The notes: generated by a model not told the origin, from the letters alone. Positions 1 through 12,800 are shown, counted from the first letter of the stretch. The stretch is DNA of 64,000 nucleotides from Klebsormidium nitens (GCA_000708835.1 DF236954.1:422052-486051), one strand, 5' to 3'. Numbers and translations are program-made.

Positions 1-2839
1 GGGAAGAAGGGAGTGAAGAGGAACGGGCCCGAGGGACAGAAGAAGTGTTTCATCTGTCGCTGCTGGGTACCAGAGGAGGTGAGATCCCGAGGCAGACTCC
101 ACATACATACAAGAAAACATTCTTTTAACTGGTTTCGTGGTCCAACCTCCCCCTCTTTTTCTTGACTCTGTGCGTCACCTGGGTCTTGAATAGACCAATA
201 CTGCTAGCTTTTCGGCGGGAAAGAAAGGAAGAAAAAACTAAGTTTGCAGGCGATGGGATCATGTCGCATAGCCAGCCTGTGAGGGGTGTCTATTCAACGT
301 TTTCGTGATTAAGGCGGGCAGATCGCAGGACCGGCAGCCTGGAAGCATACTGCAATCGAAAGTGCGTCCCTCGCACAGCCAAGTGTAAGCGCTGTTAGCA
401 GGTTCTATGGAGTTCCATGCACGTGTTGCCTTGTACTTTGGGTTCTGCAGATGCGCAGTGTAATAAACAGTGGCCGCCCATTTTTGTGTCGCGCATCTTG
501 TCAAAGTTGCCTGCTCGAGTACTCAATAAGCCCTCCAAAATGAAAGTAAGAGTTGTAGTTGAACCGAGTCTGATTCCAGACTTGGGGGATGCAGATTCTG
601 GGCAGTTTGATGACCAAACGCAGCCATCGAACGGCCTCAAGAAACAGTATCAGCGCAGACGAAGACGACCAATTCTGACGTGGTATTGTTTTGCAGGAGT
701 ACGAAGTCCACGTCAGCAACGAGCTGAACGTAGAGGTAAGCTGAAGCTCTCTGGACGCTTTGCTTCGATCTTTCGCACTTGTCTCGCACTTTCACAAGGT
801 GAAGAGAGATGGTGAGCCAGATGAGGCTTCGAGAGGTCGCGCTATTTTGGATAAGGACTCCGTTGTAGACGTAAGAAATGGTTTTTCTGCAAAGTGATGG
901 CCATCGACGTCAAGATGAGCTGTTCACATTCGTAAACTCCATCTTATGCATGACTAGGTACCGGATTGATCTGACAAGGGCTGGAAATACTCATCAACCA
1001 CCGTTTGTTTTGTCAAGGATAAAACCTGTGGAAACGATCAACCAGAAAGAATACCTGGATACCTAAAAGTGGACCTTCTAGAATGCACCTGCGCCCATCT
1101 CGACACGAGTTTCGGCCATCAGCAACTGAGTTGATATCTAAGAAGTCCCTTCTAGTGCCAAACACACGACAGCGAATCTTCTCTTCAGCCCACGGAGACC
1201 AATCACTGTTCCTGCACTGTTCCTTTCTGAGACTCGCGGAGCGGTCGCGAAAAACCACAGAACGTGCGAAGACCTCCCACCAAGTCAGACATATTGGAGG
1301 GCGAAGTTGTGCTTTTCAACTATAAAGTTTCGCCTCCCTCTAATAGAGCGTGTGCAAGAAACTCCCATCCATTTAAGCTGAAATGCAGTGGGGAAGTTGC
1401 TTCTCCCACTTATTGACGTTCTCCGCCTCCCTCTAACAGAGCGACGCCCCTCTGGTCATCCCCGGTCTGGCACCGACCAAGGGCGCCGTCGAGAAGCTGA
1501 AAGCCAAACGGCGGCGGCGGGGGCCGCGGCCCGAGAACTACGACCGATGTGAGACGCGCTTCTCAGTGAATTCGCCTCTCTCCTCCCTGCCTTCCTGAAT
1601 GATCCAGTTCGACTGAAGAGAACGGTTGTGCAACCCCTTGATTGTGCGTCTACTTTTGGCTGCATGAGTGACTTCTCCTGAATGCGCTTGCTGGCTCACG
1701 GACGGTGTAGTTGTAATAACGCTCGTACGAGGAGACCACTATGCATCTGTGCTCTTACGCTGAAGACCGCGGGAGCATCGGACTCGTCTGGGCAAGAAAA
1801 AGCGACGTCTCGCAGGTTTCAAGGCGCACAATACCACTCAAAGTGCTCCGAACTCTCGTTCGANNNNNNNNNNNNNNNNNNNNNNNNNNNNNNNNNNNNN
1901 NNNNNNNNNNNNNNNNNNNNNNNNNNNNNNNNNNNNNNNNNNNNNNNNNNNNNNNNNNNNNNNNNNNNNNNNNNNNNNNNNNNNNNNNNNNNNNNNNNNN
2001 NNNNNNNNNNNNNNNNNNNNNNNNNNNNNNNNNNNNNNNNNNNNNNNNNNNNNNNNNNNNNNNNNNNNNNNNNNNNNNNNNNNNNNNNNNNNNNNNNNNN
2101 NNNNNNNNNNNNNNNNNNNNNNNNNNNNNNNNNNNNNNNNNNNNNNNNNNNNNNNNNNNNNNNNNNNNNNNNNNNNNNNNNNNNNNNNNNNNNNNNNNNN
2201 NNNNNNNNNNNNNNNNNNNNNNNNNNNNNNNNNNNNNNNNNNNNNNNNNNNNNNNNNNNNNNNNNNNNNNNNNNNNNNNNNNNNNNNNNNNNNNNNNNNN
2301 NNNNNNNNNNNNNNNNNNNNNNNNNNNNNNNNNNNNNNNNNNNNNNNNNNNNNNNNNNNNNNNNNNNNNNNNNNNNNNNNNNNNNNNNNNNNNNNNNNNN
2401 NNNNNNNNNNNNNNNNNNNNNNNNNNNNNNNNNNNNNNNNNNNNNNNNNNNNNNNNNNNNNNNNNNNNNNNNNNNNNNNNNNNNNNNNNNNNNNNNNNNN
2501 NNNNNNNNNNNNNNNNNNNNNNNNNNNNNNNNNNNNNNNNNNNNNNNNNNNNNNNNNNNNNNNNNNNNNNNNNNNNNNNNNNNNAGGTTTCAAGGCGCAC
2601 AATACCACTCAAAGTGCTCCGAACTCTCGTTCGAAAGCGAGGCAAGCCAGATCGCTTTTGAGGACCGTCTTACGCTGTCGGACTGTCTTTGGTTGTCACT
2701 TCTTTTTTATGAGCACTCAACCTGCAACGTGCCTTGCATCGCAGATGAGAACGTCGGTCCGGTATTGGACGACTTTGGCATGGGCGGCACTTGGGAAGGT
2801 GCTGGAGCAGTGGGGATGGGTATCAGCATCTTCGAGTGA
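1..2839 (+). CDS. 3' part of a spliced gene encoding a hypothetical protein with a UBZ-like C-x2-C...H zinc-finger-like motif. Exons 1-78, 697-735, 1440-1548, 2745-2839. 5' end lies outside the window.
   Basis: GT-AG junctions join in phase to give GKKGVKRNGPEGQKKCFICRCWVPEE|EYEVHVSNELNVE|SDAPLVIPGLAPTKGAVEKLKAKRRRRGPRPENYDR|YENVGPVLDDFGMGGTWEGAGAVGMGISIFE*. An N-gap lies in the last intron and could hide an exon. Confidence 0.6.
1864..2584. other. Assembly gap (721 N) flanked by an identical 50-bp direct repeat
   Basis: 1814-1863 is identical to 2585-2634 (aggtttcaaggcgcac...ctctcgttcga). Confidence 0.95.
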
Positions 2840-3851
2840 GGCCAAAGCGTAACACGAGTTTAAACAGGATGGGGCCGATGTACGTGTGGAACCAAAGAAA
2901 CAATGGTGAAGGATAGCAATCATACCAAAGTCCCAATCTGTTATCGTAGTGGCTACTTTCGGCAGCCAGCCAAGAGTATCCCAAATGTGCCTGTCTTAAC
3001 ATGAAAATTGTATTTGCACCGTTGGACAATCAAGAAACCATATGCCAGTAGGTGCTACCTGATTGGTGGCTCTCGCCCAGCTCTACATACCTAGCTGTGG
3101 GCTCGACAAGGCCGGGTACAGTCTTGCCCTCGGATCAGGCCGGTCGCTGTCCGGACATATTGAGCATGATAGATAGGCTCTGTGTTTCGCACAGTGCCCC
3201 CACTTGAACTACCAAACCCTGACATAGCTACTAAGCCAGCGCCAAAATTTGAAGCTATTATCTGGTCCTAGCTGCATGAGGATCAATAATGCGTGCCGTG
3301 AATAAACGCGGCATGGTCAGCTTGGAGTCAGATAATTTCAGGGGCATCATTGTGCCCAATGCCGTTCTGATTGTGAACGCGCCAATCTTTATCAAACCAT
3401 TAACTTGCATCACGTATGCATGTACTAATCACATGTGTCACATTCGAATACCGATCGCGTGTCCTTTCAATTAATGCGCGTGCAGCTGGTTAGTTAGTAC
3501 GTGCATGCGCGCGTATATGTATAGCACAAATGTAGTACTGACGTGGGATAATGTATTGAAACATTTACCGCGCACGCGACAGTGTGCAATTGCACGGCCT
3601 GGCTTAAATGAGCAGGCCCTCATATACGATTGTATGACGAATCAAGTGCATGAGCAGGTTTAGTAATCCGTTGAACATGGTCATGCAAAATCAATCAGGC
3701 TGACAGGAAAGCATGGTGACGACCGTTAGCCTCGACAACAACTTGGATTGTGGCGCCCACCGACGTGGCGTGCTTGGTTTCGGTATGAGAGTGTACAAGA
3801 GATATCGCCCCCTGGAAACCATGGTGCGTTTCAGAAGACTACCGGCCAAGA

Positions 3852-6800
3852 CTACCGGCCCTGTGCCTGCTTCGCATCCTTTCCCCTCCTCTGTCGCCCG
3901 TGCTTCCGCTTCCCCTCTACCCACGCAAGCAATGCATCTTTCGGCACCACAATCCTGCCCTGGTTCTTCAACCGCCGCCTCGTGTACAGCAACCGCTGCC
4001 CATACGGCCCCAAGTAATAAAGCTCCTCCTCTAGTTGCCGCCACCGCTCCGCGTCCTTCAGCCGCTGCAGCTGCCGCTCGCGCAGCTCGGGCGGCATCCG
4101 CTTGAAGCTCTCCGGCAACGAGTCCGCCGCACTATAATCTCCCCGTCGACGCTCCGAGCCTTTTTCCTCTTCGTCATCTGAACCCTCGTTCTCAGACGCG
4201 TCATCGGACGGCCCCGGTGACCACCCGCTCTCTGAAGAGTACCGGTTTTCCCCATCTGCTGCAAGAAGAACCGACCCGTCACTTCCTGACAGCTGTGCCT
4301 CGGCCAATTCATCGCCATCCGCCCCCGCCGCTTCACTTCCGCTGGTATGCGTTCCTGCGGATTCCGATTCATGCAGCGGTCCCGAGTCGTCTACCTCCCG
4401 TAACAGCGCGTCGGTCAACTCCGCCTTCGCCCGCTCCGCCGCCTCCCTGTCCCGGCTCCCCTCCCTTTCGTCCGCGATTGGCTTCATGACCCCCGGTTTG
4501 CCCAACCCGTGCACCAGCAACGAATTCACCTCAACCTCGTTGTGCCCCGCGATCGCCGTCATCGCCTCAGCCATCAGCTCCCGCGCCGGGTCGCTTTTCC
4601 CTCCCGCCCCTAGTTTCTGACTCGTTTCCATCTCCTCGGAGGCCCCGCCCCCGACCTCTTTCCGCCCCTCAAGGGCAGCCCGGTTCGCTTCCCCAGGGCC
4701 TAGTAGAGCGCGCGCGCCGATGCTCCGAAGGTTGAGGCTTTCGAGGTTTAGGTCGTCTAGGTCGGGGCTGGGTTCCCAGGCGATTACGGGGAACCCGAGC
4801 TCTTCTTTGAGCAGGTTTAGGACTGCGGTGCGTACCACGGGGATCCCCGTGATGCGGCTCCCGATCCCCCGGCCGGTGATAATTGTCAGGTCGCTTTGAA
4901 CCTTCCAGCCTGCATGACAAAACACGATGGATGAACGAACAATTGAGTACTAAGAGGCAGATTAACAGGAAACCTGATACAGCGCGCCGATCGCCTACAA
5001 GTCGAGTGGCCAGTCCTGAACATCAAAAGACGTGCCAATTCGAAGCCCTAACCGGGAAATGGTCAGGCAATCTTCGGGTCTGCGATCTTTGCATTCAGAC
5101 AATGGTGTAACAGAAAAAGACGGGTCAAATTGGGAGTGGTTCAAGAGATTGGCCGCTTGCGCTTAGCACAAACATATCGGCCAACCATAACGAAAGCCCC
5201 AAAAAGGGCCAATAAACGAAAGCGAAACGCAACAGAAAGCAAAACCGCGATGACAAGGCAGTCTTGTGGTTGATACTCTGAGGGCGACATCACGCTCCGT
5301 AATCTTGGCGCAAGGTTTGTTTCTAAAAGTAGATTCGATTTGCCCTGCATGGACAACGGAATCACACGGTGCCGAGATCCGACAGAATGCTGTAGGAAAT
5401 TGTGATCGTTGAGAATTTGGCGCCGCCAGCGTAAGCAGGCTTACGTCAGACGGTTCTCAAAGCCCATTTTGGAACCGAGTAATGTTGAGCTTAAGAGCAG
5501 ATTGTCACCTTGGGCATGCCGCAGCTGCAGAATTCTCAGGAGCGACAGCACAGCGGCGCGGGCTTCAGGCTGCACAACAGGACGCCAAGTGTCAGTTTCG
5601 CCGACCACTGATGTATGGTTTCTACGGTTTCTGACACTGATAAAGCAGAGGATAGTATTGAGCTAACGGCCTAGAGCTTGAGGGGATGGCAAATTGAGGA
5701 GTATGTTTGAAGCCCGCAAGTCAACAGGGCTGGCGTGCTCGTCGGTCGCCCATACTTTCACCGAAAAGTGAAACCCTTCGATTCCATTAGTCCGGAAGAG
5801 GACAGCTGCTGGATCAATCTGATTTACCAAACAAGAAAAGAGTAGGGAAATCTCGGCACTTCTGCTATTACACTTTGATGGACACTTCGCTAGGGCTAGC
5901 AACAACACCAGCTTCTGAGAATCTGCGAATCGAATGCGGATCACAAAACCGTGCCTAAAAGCTGCAATCATGGTAAACGCTCAGCTCTTTACGATAGGCA
6001 GACGGTACCATTATTGCGCAGACCCCCTCTCTCCGCAAAATCCGCACGACTTACATGGCCGGAAGAATTTGCAAGGGGATTGTCGTTCATCAGACCGTGT
6101 CTCACCTTTGCCCCTTCAGGATCGCAAAGGTTTCAAAATGATGCGTCAAGAGAGGGCCCCTCACTCTGCTGAGGCCGTGCAGGTCGATGGTCAGCTCCTC
6201 AGTCTCGGCCGTGTCGCTGCTGCCCTTGCGCATCACCAGGTCTAGGAACATGGGCGGCCGCGCGGGTTCGCCTGCGGGTACGAGCTTAGCAGCGGAGCGC
6301 TCGTCCTCGGCGGGTGTCGACGCAGACCTGCAGATGAATACAATTGTTCCTCAATAGGAAGGATCATACAGGTTGAAACAAGGTGATGGGCATGGGCAGC
6401 GTTAGTGGATCGCTTTTGGCGGGTGGGCTTAGCAGGAAAGTGGTCATTCTCGGCAGGTGCCCTAGCAGAGCTGCAGAAGATGAATCTAGATTATACTTTT
6501 CAGAAAAGACAAGGTGACTAAGCATGCACAGAGGTAGTGGGTCACTTTGCGGCGGGTGGGCTTAGCGAAAAAGCGCTCGTTCTTGGCAAGTGCCATCGCG
6601 GCCCTGCGGGATCAGTGCAAAGGACAATGCAGAGGACAGCGACAGCACAGAAGACAAAGACTAGTCAATTGTATGGAAGGACGCTCGAGAGAGGGGAAGA
6701 AACTGATTAGAAGGCAGCAATCAAGGCGTACAAGCTCTAGAAGTGGAGACTGCACTTAGGATGTTTTGAAACAAATACAAGCGTCTGACTACAAAAAGAG

Positions 6801-9800
6801 CACACGCAGATACTGACATGAGCTGTTACACAAAAATTGGTCGTCAAAGATGCGAAAGCCGAGTCTAATCACGATGCACAGAGAGAAGCCTGTCCTGCCC
6901 GTTGGCGCAGAGACACACCTTCACAGGACTGACTAGCCAGTCCGTCTGAAATCAGTGAGGGATTTTAAGCCTACTGACAACCAGGCTCCCCAAAACACCC
7001 CACTCTCATCTGACGGTTCCCGTAAGCAACACCTGAATAACTAAGCATCGAGGCACCTTTTTGTTGCATAAACGGTTCATCTAGTCTCACCTTATGCAGC
7101 GACACATACAGCCTTCCGTCCCGAAAGGCCAGTGGTGCAGGTGACTGTAGCAGCATTCCAGCGACAATCGGAGCGGTACACAAATGAGCACAGCATCCAA
7201 CACAAAACGACCCCAACTTTACGAACCTCGATGATTTTCCCAAGCTGTACTTTGGTCGCACTTACTTTTCTTCCTCCTGCGCTCGCGCGGCCAGCTGCTC
7301 CTCGGCCCAGCGGTCCATGAGATTCTTGAAGTCGGAGTCGTTGGGCGCAAACCCAGCGCCGCGCATCTCCTCGTACAGCGCCAGTCCGCGCCGCACGTCG
7401 TAGTGCAGCTTCCACTCGGGCCGAATGCGCAGCAGCACGCGGTACGTGGCCTGCAGGGAGGAGTTCGTTTCAGGCTCCAAACTTCCACTGTTCTTTAAGA
7501 TTGTGTTGTTAGAAACTGAGGGGTAATTCTGCCTATATTGTTCGAGGGATCGCGGCCGTGGTGCAGGTCGCAGTGCAGCTTCCACTCGGGCCTGATCTGC
7601 AGCAGCACGCGGTATGTGGCCTGAACAGAGTTGTTGCAACAAATCTCTTATTTGAGAAAAGAGAGTTCCGAGTCTCTATGTCTGAGGACTTTGCTGTTGT
7701 TTAGACCACCCTCTAGTCTGCTGAGCACGTCATAGTGCAGCTTCCACTCGGGCCAGATGCGCAGCAGCACGCTGTGCGTGGCCTGCAGAAACGGCTCAGA
7801 AATGAGTATAGCTCGGAATGGAGGGGTTCAAAATTCTAAGGTCCATGGATCTGAGCATCTTGCTGTCTTTTAGACCAGCCTTCTGACCCACTTGGCAATG
7901 CAGCTCCATAATATGCACCGTTTATAATGCAGCTTCCACTTGGTCCGAATCCCTGGTGCCAATTTTTCGCGTCCGTCCCTGATCTAGAGGACGCACACTT
8001 GCCCTCAGAAAGAACCCAAAGGATATTCTGGATTCCAGGGTCAAGAGTGTCGGTTCCTTACTTTGTTCGGCTGCACCCCTGCCGCTTTCATCTCCTCCAG
8101 CAGCCCCATNNNNNNNNNNNNNNNNNNNNNNNNNNNNNNNNNNNNNNNNNNNNNNNNNNNNNNNNNNNNNNNNNNNNNNNNNNNNNNNNNNNNNNNNNNN
8201 NNNNNNNNNNNNNNNNNNNNNNNNNNNNNNNNNNNNNNNNNNNNNNNNNNNNNNNNNNNNNNNNNNNNNNNNNNNNNNNNNNNNNNNNNNNNNNNNNNNN
8301 NNNNNNNNNNNNNNNNNNNNNNNNNNNNNNNNNNNNNNNNNNNNNNNNNNNNNNNNNNNNNNNNNNNNNNNNNNNNNNNNNNNNNNNNNNNNNNNNNNNN
8401 NNNNNNNNNNNNNNNNNNNNNNNNNNNNNNNNNNNNNNNNNNNNNNNNNNNNNNNNNNNNNNNNNNNNNNNNNNNNNNNNNNNNNNNNNNNNNNNNNNNN
8501 NNNNNNNNNNNNNNNNNNNNNNNNNNNNNNNNNNNNNNNNNNNNNNNNNNNNNNNNNNNNNNNNNNNNNNNNNNNNNNNNNNNNNNNNNNNNNNNNNNNN
8601 NNNNNNNNNNNNNNNNNNNNNNNNNNNNNNNNNNNNNNNNNNNNNNNNNNNNNNNNNNNNNNNNNNNNNNNNNNNNNNNNNNNNNNNNNNNNNNNNNNNN
8701 NNNNNNNNNNNNNNNNNNNNNNNNNNNNNNNNNNNNNNNNNNNNNNNNNNNNNNNNNNNNNNNNNNNNNNNNNNNNNNNNNNNNNNNNNNNNNNNNNNNG
8801 CGTCCATCAAGCTCGTGTACGTGACCACGTTCGGATGCAGTCCCGCGGCTTTCATCTGGTCGAACGCGCGCCGCGCGCCGGTTGCGTCGTGCTTTTGGGC
8901 GTAGATGTCGACCACTGAGTTGAACGTCCGGAGGTTGGGACGCAGGCCCTCCGCCGCGATCTCGTCCAGGATCTCGTGCGCTTTCTCTGCAATTTTGGAA
9001 AGAACGAGAGAACATCCTTTAGTTTCGTTGGGTGTGCTTGGTTGGTGCTGTGAGCCAAGGACTGAAAAGGCTCAAACTGGAGGTGAGGGCCTGGAAAACG
9101 GTCAAAAATAAGCAAATTGTCAAATGATCCGTCCTGCAGTCGCCTTTTGAGAAGCAAAATCTGAACTGTTAGGTGCGGAATATGTTGGGCGCCATATTCG
9201 CGCTTCGGACCAGAACTTTTCTTGTCCACCGTCTCACGAATCTGGAAACACATCAAAGGTCGTTTGTCATTCACACCCTTCGATGATTTGATATGAGAGA
9301 AACAAAGCAATCCGACATGTCTTCGAATATATTCGTCGCAATTCGTCGCAACTTTCGCACTTTAATTTACTGCCGCCCAATCAAAAAGGTAACGTCTGGA
9401 CGCCACTTCCGATCTGAGACACATCACGTGAACATACTGCCCGACTGAGTCCTGACCAACCATTCCATCCTTTTACTCTCACTTGGCATCCGAATCGCCA
9501 CCATAATTTTCAAAAGCCGGACCCAAGATCCAGCTCCAACCAGTCCTGATCCAACCTCCTTGACATTACCGTACCAACACGCCGGTTGGGCAGAAATTAA
9601 TAATTATGACAATTTGCCCATTATTTTAAAATATTCCGACCCACTCTGCCCAATGTTTCAAATGGTTCAAAATTTCAATTTGTCTTTTTTGATGAGATTT
9701 GAGTGGTAAAAGAAGGGATTTCGCAATAAATGCAGAGTTGCCCAAATCTCTCAAAAATTCCAAAACGAGTTGCCCAAATTTTCAAACGTCCATTATGAAT

Positions 9801-12800
9801 CGAAATTAATTATTGGGCAAAAATCTGCCCAACCGGCGTGTTGGTACGGTATGCAACCACTGCCCCCTCTTCAATCCAGCCTCGAGACAAACCACCATGT
9901 GCACAGATTTTGTCAACACAAAAAATCTCACCTGGCTGGTCGTAGCACACTTTGAGCATCGTGTTGAACGTCACGATGTCCGGTGCGCACGCCGCGCCCC
10001 CCGTCTTGCCCGGCCCGCCCGCCTTCATTTCATCCAGGAGCGCCCACGCGCGGTCCTCGAGCCCCGCGGCCGCGCACGCGTTGATCAGCACGTTGTACGC
10101 TTCCGTGCAGGGGGGGCAGCCCGATGCGACCATCTCGTCGAAGACCGTGAACGCACGGTACACCTGGAGAGAAGCACAGCAACTTAACAAGCACGTTGCG
10201 CACCTGTTACGCAGACGCCCACTTGACTACCCGACAACTCCGGTGGTTTTGCACTCTTTGCTGACACCGTATATGCACATCCTTTGAGCGGCTGCAAAAC
10301 CCTCATCACGGCCTCAGGTCGCCGCTCCTGACGTCACATCAGCGCCCTTGCCCTCACCGGCCATGCGGCTTACCGTTTTCTCTTAGACATGCAGTCCAGG
10401 TGACCCATCATCCTGTCAGTCTCGATCTCAAGAGCAAGGACGGCCCCTTATAAGGGTCACGCTGGACGGGTTGCTTTTGACAGCAACTAAGTTTATTAGA
10501 AAACAGTGCCAGCTAAGATGTGGAAAGCGTAAGTAACCCGGCAGCAGTCCTCACCGCCTTCCGCTTGTGTATTATCAAGAAAGGTGACCAGTCGAAGCCT
10601 GACGTCATTTCTTCTTATCCAACTCAACGAACGTCTCACAGCTCTCGTCGTATGCAGATTCCGAGAGAAGCTATGTTGAAATCCGGTTGGCAAAACCTGG
10701 AACTGAAATAACTATACCCTGCAATAACGACAATCCGGGTTTGCAACACCTTGACCCCAAACGTCAAAATAACATTCTCCAGCCATGTGGCGGACTTGTG
10801 GACTACTTTTAAAGACTTGGAAGCAACATTAAGAAGAGCGTGAAAAGCAAAGACTGTCGCGCCGCACCTGGTCGACTTGGGTACAGGCGCGGATGAGGAG
10901 GCACCACGAGATGCGGTCAAGGCCCAGCCCCGCCGCCTCCATGTCGTCCTTCACCTCAAACGCCTTCTCCACTTCGCGCCCTTCTACCAGCACCTGCACG
11001 CATCCATCAGCCTGTCAGCAACTGCCAAAATACTTTTGTCATCGCTCCTCTCCAAGTTGGATGGTCTCAAGCCCGCCTAGCCGCTTGTGTCTTGTTGGAG
11101 AGCTCGTGATATTTCTCTGTGGGGTCGGATTCCTCGTTCGCCGCTTGCGTTTGGAAAGCCTCTACAGGCGGCTCACTAGGAACTTTCTGTGCCAATCTGT
11201 ATGAAACCAATAGTCAAAGCAGATCATCTTATTCAGTGTCCTCAAAGCAGAAGGATTTTGAGTTTACAGCACACCAATCCAGCATGATCCATGCGCCTGT
11301 CTACAAGCCGATCGGCGCTGATGTGTAAGTCCCATACGTACAATTCTACTGGCACCATTAGTGACAGACACTTCTGGAACTACTTGTCCTGCAAGCAATA
11401 CTGTTGACTGGAAAGACGGCGGTCCAGGCCCAAACCTTCCTTCATAAGGAAGTGACGCCCAAACAAGAGACTTTTCTGAAGGAGTTTTGAAAGGCGCAGG
11501 CGACGCAAGGTCCCTAGGCCCAAGCCACTCACCGCCAGGATCGCCCCGTACTGCCGCTGCGTCAGCACGACGCCCCCCGCCTCCTCCCGCACCTTCTGCC
11601 GCAGCTCCTGGTAAACCCCCCATGCTAGTTCCGGCTGCGCGGCCGCTCCAAAGATGGTCATCAAGATTGTGTACGTCACTCCGTCGGGCTCGATGCCCTC
11701 TGCCTTCATCTGCTTGAAGAGCCGCAAGCAGGTCCGGAGCACCGCCTCGCGCGCGCCGAGGAGCTCGGAGCGGGAGGTGCGCTCGAGGACGAACGCGTGG
11801 AGGAGACTGCGGAAGAGAGTGAAAAGGTTGAAGAAAGAAAGTGGAAGATGTCAAGGAAGAAGTGGAAGAGGCTTAGGAAGAACTTGGGATAGGTGAAGGA
11901 AGAAAGTAGAAGAGGTCAACACCTCGATGCACAACGCTTCCCGCTTAGACCGAGCGATGCTCTTCACTTTGTCGTTAACCTCCTTCAGCGTGTCACGAAT
12001 TGGACACGGTGATCGAACTAGAAGCCCTTTGAGGCTAAATTTTCGAAAGGAGGCTTTGGAAGGGAGGGGGAATTGGGAAGCGACAAAGAGAGGTGTTGCC
12101 ACTCGCTCCAAGAACAGGCTCCTGACTGACCTCATGGAGAAGGCGGCAGTTAGGGGTAAAACCGGAGGCACGCAGAAGTTGTACTCTCCTCTTGCAAAAC
12201 TCTGACGGGTTGCCTCAGCCAATAAAACGGAAGACGCTGCGAAATGTTAAATGTTCGTTCGCTGAAAATGTTACATATTCGTGACCCCGGTCGAAGGGCC
12301 CACGTGGACGCAAGACCCGGACCAAAGGCCATGCTGAAGTGCAAGGCAGATGAAATATATGCGCTCTTTACTGCGGATTGCAGACAGGAAAGTGGACAGC
12401 TTCTCACCTGTGATAGATGTGCTTGTTCGGCTTGACGCCCCAGCGCGGCATGCTTTCAAACGTCTGCAGTGCCTGCAGGATTCGAAACGGGTTGTAAGGC
12501 ACTGATGTACATGACCTATCGCGCTCGTTTGAAGGCACACCTTCAATCGTCCTTTTCCTTTTTCCGGCCTTCATTGTTGTCACAGGCACAAATGCACACG
12601 GCCCCCAGCCTAAGTCAACAGATCTGTAATCTGCATGCTGATAAGAGGGGCTATCATGAAAGCAATAGATTCCTACAGCGCCCCAGAGCTTGGACAGACG
12701 CGTGATGGTGGAGAGCCGACACAGCAGCGAGTACCACCGCTCATTAGATGGAAATCCTGCGATTGAGGCAGCATCATCTCATAATGTGCGGTTAAATGAG

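Noticed and set aside
1682-2839. Long ORFs of 250-385 aa crossing the first gap (and similar ORFs at 7927-9015)
   Set aside because: Their length comes from translated Ns; these are artefacts.
3240-3254. GCGCCAAAATTTGAA, an E2F site with an adjacent CHR-like TTTGAA
   Set aside because: It lies between two convergent 3' ends, occurs once, and has no promoter context.
3691-4489. Several overlapping ORFs on both strands (e.g. 3713-4105 +, 4217-4489 +)
   Set aside because: Antisense or alternative-frame shadows of the GC-rich last PPR-SMR exon.
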